Origin: Escherichia coli
GTDB lineage: Bacteria; Pseudomonadota; Gammaproteobacteria; Enterobacterales; Enterobacteriaceae
Strand: one strand, 5' to 3'
Assembly: GCF_003790525.1 (NCBI RefSeq)
Contig: NZ_CP033635.1
Length of the DNA: 64,000 nucleotides
Program-made: the position numbers and the translations under genes
Shown: positions 6,833 through 14,165 of the stretch, piece after piece
Layout of the letters: each line of letters begins with the position of its first letter
Position numbering within the stretch: the first letter of the stretch is position 1
The notes under the pieces: generated by a model
What the model saw: the letters and a program-made list of their open reading frames with translations, nothing else
What the model was told of the DNA's origin: nothing
Databases searched by the model: none

Positions 6833-9117
6833 TATGTCCACTCCATTACTGTTGAGAATCCCGGCCACTCATCAGCGACCGGATACGTGAATTTTTTCCC
6901 GTCATAATTTACGGTCGCGCCACGCGCCAGCGCCTCAAGCTCCCATCGCTGCGGCCTGATACCGTTCTGAGCAAGGTCAACGCGGATACGGGTAATTTGC
7001 GTTCGTTCCGACCGGGTCAGTCTGGCCGATGGCGCTATTTCATGTGGTTTTAACGGGCTTCCGTTTCTCTGCTGACGATTTGGTGTTCTCAGTTCGTGTT
7101 TTAATGCACCTCTGAGCGCCCTCACGACCTCTGGCTCATTCCATTCGATAACACCGTCATCAACCAGATTAAGCACGGCTGCGGCATGTTCATAAGGTGT
7201 GGGAGCCGGTAACGAAGTATCACTGCCGGTGAGCTTTCCACAGTTATTGACAGGACTCCGAGGCGCGGCGATGCCGCTTTTTAAAGTCAAAGGCTCAACG
7301 ACCGGAACTTTCGGCACAATGCGCCAGTCCGTCGTTCTGGTGATATGAATATGACGCGCGCCGAGATGCGGCGCGTAAATACCGACCACTCTCTCGACTT
7401 CTTCCTCGTACTCGTTAACGTCACTCGACGGGCTACGGGCAACCCTGACAGTCTGACAATCGCGCGGGACATTTGCCCCACCCTGCGCGCTGATATACAA
7501 CGCAAAATCACCACTGTCTGCGGCAGCGCGAGCAGCCTCGACGCGTTCGTCAAACTCATCAGCAATACTGACGCCGCGAGGTAATTTGCGTAGTTCACGG
7601 TAAGCCCCCATTGTCGGTAGGCCAACCGTTTTAAATTGCGGAATGCGCCACGTTGACGCCCATGCGGTAACAGCCGCGGCAGTGTCTTTCAGCGGCCTGC
7701 CGGTATCGTTATCGAGCTGACCATCCAGTGCATAGCCGTCGATGTTTTTTGAAATGTATTTCGCGATATACCCCGCAGCACCGCCCCGATTAAGGTGTTT
7801 TGCCTGAAAACGGTTTCGCGCGGCTCCTCTTTCGTCGCCATCCTCTTTGAGCGCATAGCGACGCATGATTTCGATAATCTGGTTACGCTGGCGCGAATTA
7901 CAAAAAAGCATCATATGCCAGTGCGGCGTTCCGTCGTGGTGTGGCTCGACGACACGCAAACCGTAGACCTGTAAATCATTATCCTTGAATGCCGTGCGCA
8001 TCAGGCTCCAGATACGGCAGAGATAACGCTGCGCATCCTTTGGATTAAATGCCTCATCGTTCCAGCCGTGATTAAGCTGCACGGTTTTACTTTCGCCTTT
8101 TCCTACCTGACGTGTCGGGTGATACTTTGACGGCGCGGTCAGCGTGATAAACATCCCCACATCACCCTCTGCAGCGGCGTAACGCTCAATACCGGCAATG
8201 GTGTTCATCAGCTCCATCCGGCGAATTTCAGGATTAGAAATACTGCCCATCACCTTACTGATAAGGTCGATGCGCTCGCCGGTTTCCCTGTTTTCAAGGT
8301 CACACGATTTAAGAAATTCCAGATTTGCCTGGCGGCGCGCACGCACATCACGAATGGCATGTTTACTGGCATAAGGTGAACGGTCTTTATTGACCTCCCC
8401 GACAGCAATCAGTAACGCCTCATGCCAGCGCATACGCTGGCCTTTAAGCTGTCTAATCCACCACTCATCGTTAAACAGGCGGGCAATGGCAGAATATGCC
8501 TGCCTCGTGGTCATCTGCCCTTTACGGTATTTTCTCCAGTACAGCGGGGAAATATTGAAAGCACGTGCAGCGCCAGCAACATGACCATACAGGTGAGCCT
8601 GCGCCTCATCCGTAAACAGCGATTCTTTTTCGCCATGGGCATCCACCCAGGCATCGCAGAGTTCCTCATACATCATGAAAAGCTGCGATGAGATACGGGC
8701 GGCAAACTTTTTCAGCTCCTTGTCATTCATTCCCGGCAGGCGCGCATAGTGGTCACGCTCTGCCAGAAACAGCAACGACGCGTCGGTGTTCATTTCATGG
8801 CGCTGATTCACACGCTCAATGCGCGGCCATAAACGACGCTGAAAAGTGGATGTGAGGAAATAAAACCCGTGCACCGGGCTTTTATTGCGCCGGATGTAGT
8901 CATAGCGTGAAGTAAACAGCGAGCGCAAAAAGTAAGGCAGGCGGTTAATCGTGGATAAAACACCTTGCACCTGACGCATCTCATCACGTGTAAGGGGTCT
9001 TTCGCGCCCGACGGCCTCGCGTGGCGCGTTCCATGCATAAGCACCGGTAAACATCTTACCGGTGCCTGCGGCAAATGCTGACGGAGGGACAAAACGCCCG
9101 GAGGCTTTAACGGCCAT
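6832..9117 (-). CDS. A: Replication initiation endonuclease, P2 gpA-like (761 aa from ATG 9117; the ORF is open to 9159)
   Basis: HUH-type motif EPHHDGTPHWHMMLF and tyrosine motif AGYIAKYISKN are present. The N-terminus MAVKASGRFVPPSAF and the length match my memory of P2 A. Confidence 0.9.
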   Translation of the reverse strand: MAVKASGRFVPPSAFAAGTGKMFTGAYAWNAPREAVGRERPLTRDEMRQVQGVLSTINRLPYFLRSLFTSRYDYIRRNKSPVHGFYFLTSTFQRRLWPRIERVNQRHEMNTDASLLFLAERDHYARLPGMNDKELKKFAARISSQLFMMYEELCDAWVDAHGEKESLFTDEAQAHLYGHVAGAARAFNISPLYWRKYRKGQMTTRQAYSAIARLFNDEWWIRQLKGQRMRWHEALLIAVGEVNKDRSPYASKHAIRDVRARRQANLEFLKSCDLENRETGERIDLISKVMGSISNPEIRRMELMNTIAGIERYAAAEGDVGMFITLTAPSKYHPTRQVGKGESKTVQLNHGWNDEAFNPKDAQRYLCRIWSLMRTAFKDNDLQVYGLRVVEPHHDGTPHWHMMLFCNSRQRNQIIEIMRRYALKEDGDERGAARNRFQAKHLNRGGAAGYIAKYISKNIDGYALDGQLDNDTGRPLKDTAAAVTAWASTWRIPQFKTVGLPTMGAYRELRKLPRGVSIADEFDERVEAARAAADSGDFALYISAQGGANVPRDCQTVRVARSPSSDVNEYEEEVERVVGIYAPHLGARHIHITRTTDWRIVPKVPVVEPLTLKSGIAAPRSPVNNCGKLTGSDTSLPAPTPYEHAAAVLNLVDDGVIEWNEPEVVRALRGALKHELRTPNRQQRNGSPLKPHEIAPSARLTRSERTQITRIRVDLAQNGIRPQRWELEALARGATVNYDGKKFTYPVADEWPGFSTVMEWT

Positions 9118-9382
9118 ATGAGCCAAAAGCCTCTGAACAACGCCTGCTGAGTTGCTCAACCTGCGCGTTTAAATCAGCAAAAGACTTTGCGCTTCCGGTC
9201 AGAATATCGTGATGCATCAGGCCGGAAACGAGCTGGCTTAATTTCGGGTAATAACCAACCACCGCCAGCCATTCCTGACCGGCGTTTTTACCGCTTTCAG
9301 CTCTCTTTTTCTCGTGGAGAATAAACTGAAAGCTGTCACTGGTAACGACATAACGTTCGCCAATTTCAATACGAATACTCAT
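9107..9382 (-). CDS. Small P2-type early-operon protein, unknown function (91 aa)
   Basis: ATGA overlap with the upstream gene at 9379-9382. Position is equivalent to the P2 orf80-83 group. Confidence 0.6.
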   Translation of the reverse strand: MSIRIEIGERYVVTSDSFQFILHEKKRAESGKNAGQEWLAVVGYYPKLSQLVSGLMHHDILTGSAKSFADLNAQVEQLSRRCSEAFGSYGR

Positions 9383-9603
9383 GCCGTTCTCCGGTAATGT
9401 TTGTTTTTTGCTTCAAAGACTGACTGACAGGAAACACAACGCGTGGCTGACGGATAAGCCGCACGACGGGCAGCAGGTATTGGCGCGTCACACTCTTCGC
9501 AAACCAGCGCAGAAGCACCGCAATGTTTTACCCTTGCCGCGTTAATCTGGCGCTCCAGTAATTCAGCCTGTTGTTCCTGAATAAAATCTACGTTGTCCGG
9601 CAT
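9379..9603 (-). CDS. TraR/DksA-type C4 zinc-finger protein (74 aa)
   Basis: CEECDAPIP...RCVSCQ forms a CxxC-N17-CxxC motif. TAATG coupling at 9601-9605. Confidence 0.75.
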   Translation of the reverse strand: MPDNVDFIQEQQAELLERQINAARVKHCGASALVCEECDAPIPAARRAAYPSATRCVSCQSVFEAKNKHYRRTA

Positions 9604-9905
9604 TACCAGTTCCTTTTGTCGTTAAGGTTTTTAAATTCATCAGCGCAATAGCTGGCGATTTCTGTCGTTAATTTCGTCAGTTCATCCACGGAGGAGATTT
9701 GCTTGTGAAACACAGCGCGTTTAACAAGTAAATTGACCACATCAGACAGGAGGTTTAATTCGTTCTGATAAATCGCGATAACAGACTCAGTTATTTCGCG
9801 TTTTTCTTTATCAAGACCAAGTTGAATAAGAGACAAATCGCCATTTTTCATAACGGCGATTTTTAGGGCGTTATTCAGTAATACAACTGAACGAGAACAG
9901 GACAT
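9603..9905 (-). CDS. Hypothetical early-operon protein (100 aa)
   Basis: ATG 9905 overlaps the upstream TGA (TGATG). No recognisable motif. Confidence 0.5.
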   Translation of the reverse strand: MSCSRSVVLLNNALKIAVMKNGDLSLIQLGLDKEKREITESVIAIYQNELNLLSDVVNLLVKRAVFHKQISSVDELTKLTTEIASYCADEFKNLNDKRNW

Positions 9906-10129
9906 CAAAGCACCTCCCCGCGAGACAATCCGATATTGTGAAATTTTTCCGACTCCTGACTGAGCAGCTCGACTATCTCCACGCGGGATAACTCCGCCTT
10001 TGTGATGTGGCGAATCATGGCGTCAAGATGAGAAGAAAAGCGCGTCGCTGCGTCGGCCTGTGCTTCGGTTCTGGCCTGTTGCAGCAGTAATGCGTATTTA
10101 CCGCACTGATTTTCAGAAACTGTATGCAT
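9905..10129 (-). CDS. Hypothetical early-operon protein (74 aa)
   Basis: Compact ORF in the operon between B and A. No recognisable motif. Confidence 0.5.
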   Translation of the reverse strand: MHTVSENQCGKYALLLQQARTEAQADAATRFSSHLDAMIRHITKAELSRVEIVELLSQESEKFHNIGLSRGEVL

Positions 10130-10192
10130 GACTTTCTCCAGGCAAAAAGAAGCCCCGCACGATTAAGTGCGTTAAAAACTCTGGTTAATTAC

Positions 10193-10693
10193 TTAATGCA
10201 GATATTGCTCTGGTTTTACCGACGTCAGAATTGTCGGTGCATACTCAAACAGGCTGAATAATTCACGTAATGCACGGAATAAAGCATCACGCCAGTAACA
10301 TGATTCTTCATTAATTCGCCAGTATGGCTGGTTGAATTCTTTTTCAGTCAGTCGTGCGTGCATAAATAAAGTGCGACGCTGACTGACTGTTAAAAAACTA
10401 ATATATGCATACTCACTTGCGCCAACCTGACGGCGTTTTGAGAATGCGCCACGCAATTCATCAATTGCACAAACCAGTCGTTCACGTTCGACGTCGTTCA
10501 TTTCTTCAAAACGCATCGTTGCGTGACGCTGTTTTAACTGTGCATGAAAGCAAACCGTTAGCCGTTCGCGCTCCATCATCTGATTATAATAATCACATGT
10601 ATCCTGCCAGCGAGGGACGGCAAGATGCTTGCCAATTATCCGGCGCATAGCTGCTGGCTGTTTTTCAACGAGATTAAGCGTCATCACTGTCAT
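10193..10693 (-). CDS. B: Replication protein B (helicase-loader-like), P2 gpB-like, 166 aa
   Basis: Same length and position as P2 B. The sequence MTVMTLNLVEKQPAAMRRIIGKHLAVPRWQD matches my memory of gpB. Confidence 0.8.
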   Translation of the reverse strand: MTVMTLNLVEKQPAAMRRIIGKHLAVPRWQDTCDYYNQMMERERLTVCFHAQLKQRHATMRFEEMNDVERERLVCAIDELRGAFSKRRQVGASEYAYISFLTVSQRRTLFMHARLTEKEFNQPYWRINEESCYWRDALFRALRELFSLFEYAPTILTSVKPEQYLH

Positions 10694-10860
10694 TTCCAGC
10701 CCCTCCGGCTTTTCAGAAAGGTCAGAGCCTTTTTTAACGGACTCTGTTTTTTGGTGCGGATAATGATTCCCTTACGCCCCTTACCGTGGGTGATGGTGAA
10801 GTCAATCGCCCTGGGGCTTTCGTTACGCAGTAACTGAGCAATACAACGCGGTTCACTCAT
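10690..10860 (-). CDS. Small protein between cox and B (56 aa from ATG 10860)
   Basis: The ATG lies 2 nt after the cox stop. The stop overlaps the B start. Confidence 0.5.
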   Translation of the reverse strand: MSEPRCIAQLLRNESPRAIDFTITHGKGRKGIIIRTKKQSPLKKALTFLKSRRGWK

Positions 10861-10862
10861 AA

Positions 10863-11135
10863 TCACAACCCCATCCACAAAAGCCATGCATCACGCTGTT
10901 CAACTGGTCGGTTATAAAACGCCTCTCGTACAGCGCGATTAAACTCTGGAATGAAAACCCACTTCTCACCGACACGAGCGTTCGGCTTACTTGGATCACG
11001 AAGCTCAATAACTGGCAACTTATTCTCTTTTACCATCTTGACTACAGCCGTTTCTGGCTTACCAAGTAACTCTGCAAACTTAACCGTATGTACCGCATCA
11101 ATCGGGTACTGAATCACATAGTCATTGACTTCCAT
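10863..11135 (-). CDS. cox: Cox-like excisionase / early repressor (90 aa)
   Basis: First gene of the early operon, divergent from C. The C-terminal ...WVFIPEFN...RDAWLLWMGL resembles the P2 Cox tail (...DGWLMWLGL). Confidence 0.75.
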   Translation of the reverse strand: MEVNDYVIQYPIDAVHTVKFAELLGKPETAVVKMVKENKLPVIELRDPSKPNARVGEKWVFIPEFNRAVREAFYNRPVEQRDAWLLWMGL

Positions 11136-11258
11136 TGATTAGCCCTTTTTGCTTTCGTGTTACCCTTATTAGATCCAGTCCCTTCTAGGTCGCACCTGTC
11201 CTTTCTAGGGACTGGCTAACACACTCAAAAGGTCACCAATACACAACCTTTTGACGGG

Positions 11259-11287
11259 AATATAAGTCACCAATAGGTTACTGTCAA
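11259..11287 (-). promoter_or_regulatory. Early promoter (Pe-like) reading toward cox
   Basis: On the minus strand: TTGACA (11287-11282), a 17-nt spacer, then TATATT (11264-11259). GTCACCAATA direct repeats at 11232-11241 and 11266-11275 flank the -10. Confidence 0.65.
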
Positions 11288-11581
11288 ATGCAGACATTCG
11301 AAAAACTGAAAGCGATTAGGAAAGCAGAAGGCTTAACACAGGCGAAATTCAGCGAAATTAGCGGGATAGCTCTAGGAACAGTCAAAAATTACGAAAGTGG
11401 GCATAAAGACCCTGGTCTCAGCATCGTTATGCGAGTCACAAATACGCCTTTATTTAAAAAATATACGCTCTGGTTAATGACTGGTGATACGTCACCACAA
11501 GCTGGTCAGATCGCGCCGGCTCTCGCACACATTGGGCAAAAACCAACAGAATCAGACCACTCCGAAAAACAGACTGGTTAA
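11288..11581 (+). CDS. C: Immunity repressor, P2 C-like HTH protein (97 aa)
   Basis: An XRE-type HTH is present (LTQAKFSEISGIALGTVKNYESG). The C-terminal KYTLWLMTG...GQIAPALAHIGQ matches the conserved P2 C tail as I recall it. Confidence 0.8.
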   Translation: MQTFEKLKAIRKAEGLTQAKFSEISGIALGTVKNYESGHKDPGLSIVMRVTNTPLFKKYTLWLMTGDTSPQAGQIAPALAHIGQKPTESDHSEKQTG

Positions 11582-11650
11582 CACTCTATAAACATTACAT
11601 TTTCACCATTTGTTACCAAGATGGTGAATACAGCGTCAGAGGGCTTTCTT

Positions 11651-12631
11651 ATGTCAATTAAGAAGCTCGATGATGGACGCTATGAAGTGGACATTAGACC
11701 TCGCGGTCGCGACGGAAAACGCATCCGCAGGAAATTTGAAAGAAAAGCTGAGGCTGTAGCATTTGAGCGATACACAATCGCCTACGCCAGCCAGAAAGAA
11801 TGGGCAGGTCAGCGAGCAGATCGCAGAACTTTGAGTGAGTTGCTGAACATCTGGTGGAAATATCACGGGCAAAACCACGAGCATGGAACAAAAGAGTTTA
11901 ATCATCTGCTCAAAACCATCAGCGGCATAGGTGATATACCAGTGAGCCGGATGAGCAAAAGAGCTTTGATGGATTATCGTTCCATGCGACTACGTGATGG
12001 TATCAGTGCCGCAACGATAAACCGTGACATGTACCGATTATCCGGCATGTTCACAAAATTAATTCAATTGGATGAATTTTCCGGGCAACACCCAATTCAC
12101 GGACTGCCGCCACTGGCGGAGGCCAACCCTGAAATGACGTTCCTGGAAAAAGCAGAAATCGAAAAACTGTTAAATGTTTTGGATGGTGATGACTTACTTG
12201 TCGCACTTTTATGTCTGAGCACTGGAGGAAGATGGACGGAAGTTGCCACGCTAAAACCAGCACAGATTACAAATTGCAGGGTTACCTTCCTGAAAACCAA
12301 AAACGGTAAAAAGCGAACCGTGCCGATTTCTGAGGAACTGGAGAAAAAAGTTAAAGAGGAGGCCAGCGCTAAATTATTCAAAGTTGATTATGAGAAGTTT
12401 TGCGGGATTTTACGCAGAGTGAAGCCAGATATACCACCCAATCAGGCAACCCACATCCTGCGGCATACATTCGCAAGCCATTTCATGATGAATGGGGGCA
12501 ATATAATCGCACTGCAACAGATTCTGGGACATGCGAGCATTCAGCAGACGATGGCCTATGCGCACCTTGCGCCTGACTACCTGCAAAATGCCGTCGCGCT
12601 GAATCCTCTAAAAGGCGGAGTGACGTTATAA
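11651..12631 (+). CDS. int: Tyrosine integrase, P2 Int-like (326 aa from ATG 11651)
   Basis: The N-terminus MSIKKLDDGRYEVDIRPRGRDGKRIRRKF parallels P2 Int. The catalytic HILRHTFASHF ... LGHASIQQTMAYAHL (R-H-R-Y) is present. Confidence 0.9.
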   Translation: MSIKKLDDGRYEVDIRPRGRDGKRIRRKFERKAEAVAFERYTIAYASQKEWAGQRADRRTLSELLNIWWKYHGQNHEHGTKEFNHLLKTISGIGDIPVSRMSKRALMDYRSMRLRDGISAATINRDMYRLSGMFTKLIQLDEFSGQHPIHGLPPLAEANPEMTFLEKAEIEKLLNVLDGDDLLVALLCLSTGGRWTEVATLKPAQITNCRVTFLKTKNGKKRTVPISEELEKKVKEEASAKLFKVDYEKFCGILRRVKPDIPPNQATHILRHTFASHFMMNGGNIIALQQILGHASIQQTMAYAHLAPDYLQNAVALNPLKGGVTL

Positions 12632-12644
12632 ATTTCCCTTCTGA

Positions 12645-12664
12645 GTGTCCACATAGTGTCCACA
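12645..12664 (-). repeat. Two direct copies of the Int arm-type site (TGTGGACAC on the minus strand), 11 bp apart
   Basis: GTGTCCACA occurs at 12645-12653 and 12656-12664, immediately after the int stop. The P2 Int arm consensus is TGTGGACA as I recall it. Confidence 0.65.
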
Positions 12665-12749
12665 CTCTCAGAACTTTGTAGCCCTTCCAGTCCCTTATAG
12701 GTTTTCTTAAGTTACTGTTTTCTTACGGAAACCGATGTAAGTGATTGAT

Positions 12750-12776
12750 AAAAAAAACCCCCACATCATGTGGGGG
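12750..12776 (-). terminator. cpxP / CpxQ Rho-independent terminator
   Basis: On the minus strand, CCCCCACAT pairs with ATGTGGGGG (12776-12758), followed by T8 (12757-12750). Confidence 0.85.
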
Positions 12777-12812
12777 AAGACAGGGATGGTGTCTATGGCA
12801 AGGAAAACAGGG
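12750..12812 (-). ncRNA. cpxQ: CpxQ, the 3'UTR-derived sRNA of cpxP (5' end approximate)
   Basis: This is the segment between the cpxP stop (12817-12819) and its terminator. CpxQ is known to be processed from exactly this 3'UTR. Confidence 0.55.
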
Positions 12813-12816
12813 TTTA

Positions 12817-13317
12817 CTACTGGGAACGTGAGTTGCTACTACTCAATAGCTTCAACGATGAACTTTTTTGCCATTGCGTCACGTCGCGCAACTGCTCCAT
12901 TCGTTGTTGATGTTTCTCGTTTAAAACCGCTTGCTGCTCCGGCGTTAACAGGCGATACATTTGGTTGCGGACTTTTGCCATCTCAACCTGACGAGCAATT
13001 TGCTCATTCGCCATTTTTTCTGCCTGTGCGCGCACAGCGTTTTCATCAAAATTTTCTGCGGTGACAAGGCGATGCATTGTCTCCAGTTCGCTAACATTAA
13101 CAGGAGGCTGTTCGTGCCGGGCCTGTTGCATAAGATCTCGCATCTGCTGACGCTGATGTTCGGTTAAACTTATGCCGTCGAACATATGGCTCTGCGTACT
13201 GCGCTGCGTAAGTTCTTCACCCGGATGCCAGTTATCGCCTGAACCGACTTCAGCAGCGTGGCTTAATGAACTGACTGCCAGCGTTGAGGCCATGACGGCA
13301 GCGGTAACTATGCGCAT
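12817..13317 (-). CDS. cpxP: Periplasmic Cpx pathway inhibitor/adaptor CpxP
   Basis: [21 protein letters not shown] signal peptide and LTEHQRQQM motifs. Divergent from cpxRA. Confidence 0.95.
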
Positions 13318-13396
13318 CATTTGCTCCCAAAATCTTTCTGTCGCGATTCAACGATAGAGAGTTTACGATTCAGGCTGCAAACATGCGTCAGGGGGT

Positions 13397-13411
13397 GTAA
13401 AACAACGTAAA
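13397..13411. promoter_or_regulatory. CpxR box in the cpxP-cpxR divergent control region
   Basis: GTAAA-ACAAC-GTAAA is an exact match to the GTAAA(N5)GTAAA consensus. Confidence 0.8.
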
Positions 13412-13466
13412 GTCATGGATTAGCGACGTCTGATGACGTAATTTCTGCCTCGGAGGTATTTAAACA

Positions 13467-14165
13467 ATGAATAAAATCCTGTTAGTTGATGATGACCGAG
13501 AGCTGACTTCCCTATTAAAGGAGCTGCTCGAGATGGAAGGCTTCAACGTGATTGTTGCCCACGATGGGGAACAGGCGCTTGATCTTCTGGACGACAGCAT
13601 TGATTTACTTTTGCTTGATGTAATGATGCCGAAGAAAAATGGTATCGACACATTAAAAGCACTTCGCCAGACACACCAGACGCCTGTCATTATGTTGACG
13701 GCGCGCGGCAGTGAACTTGATCGCGTTCTCGGCCTTGAGCTGGGCGCAGATGACTATCTCCCGAAACCGTTTAATGATCGTGAGCTGGTGGCACGTATTC
13801 GCGCGATCCTGCGCCGTTCGCACTGGAGCGAGCAACAGCAAAACAACGACAACGGTTCACCGACACTGGAAGTTGATGCCTTAGTGCTGAATCCAGGCCG
13901 TCAGGAAGCCAGCTTCGACGGGCAAACGCTGGAGTTAACCGGCACTGAGTTTACCCTGCTCTATTTGCTGGCACAGCATCTGGGTCAGGTGGTTTCCCGT
14001 GAGCATTTAAGCCAGGAAGTGCTGGGCAAACGCCTGACGCCTTTCGACCGCGCTATTGATATGCACATTTCCAACCTGCGTCGTAAACTGCCGGATCGTA
14101 AAGATGGTCATCCGTGGTTTAAAACCTTGCGTGGTCGCGGCTATCTGATGGTTTCTGCTTCATGA
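13467..14165 (+). CDS. cpxR: Envelope-stress response regulator CpxR (OmpR family)
   Basis: Receiver domain (LLVDDD...LLLDVMMP) plus winged-helix domain. ATGA overlap with cpxA. Confidence 0.97.
   Translation: MNKILLVDDDRELTSLLKELLEMEGFNVIVAHDGEQALDLLDDSIDLLLLDVMMPKKNGIDTLKALRQTHQTPVIMLTARGSELDRVLGLELGADDYLPKPFNDRELVARIRAILRRSHWSEQQQNNDNGSPTLEVDALVLNPGRQEASFDGQTLELTGTEFTLLYLLAQHLGQVVSREHLSQEVLGKRLTPFDRAIDMHISNLRRKLPDRKDGHPWFKTLRGRGYLMVSAS

Larger units (their letters stand above)
1..12740. mobile_element. P2-family prophage, cos/replication/immunity/integrase half. It continues past the left window edge; the host junction lies somewhere in 12665-12749.
   Basis: Order P-Q-cos-cargo-A-small orfs-B-cox | C-int matches the permuted P2 prophage map. 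The P2 19-nt cohesive-end sequence is present at 2647-2665. The host cpxP terminator starts at 12750. Confidence 0.9.

Noticed and set aside
12632-12749. Looked for a tRNA or tmRNA gene at the prophage junction
   Set aside because: No cloverleaf-like sequence or conserved T-loop (GTTCGAATC-type) was seen. The phage is integrated in an intergenic region behind the cpxP terminator.
12741-13064. 107-aa plus-strand ORF, with similar ORFs at 16506-17072, 17082-17480, 25207-25755 and 53459-53908
   Set aside because: They are antisense to cpxP, kdgT, rhaD/rhaM and yihU respectively. They have no ribosome-binding sites and implausible composition.
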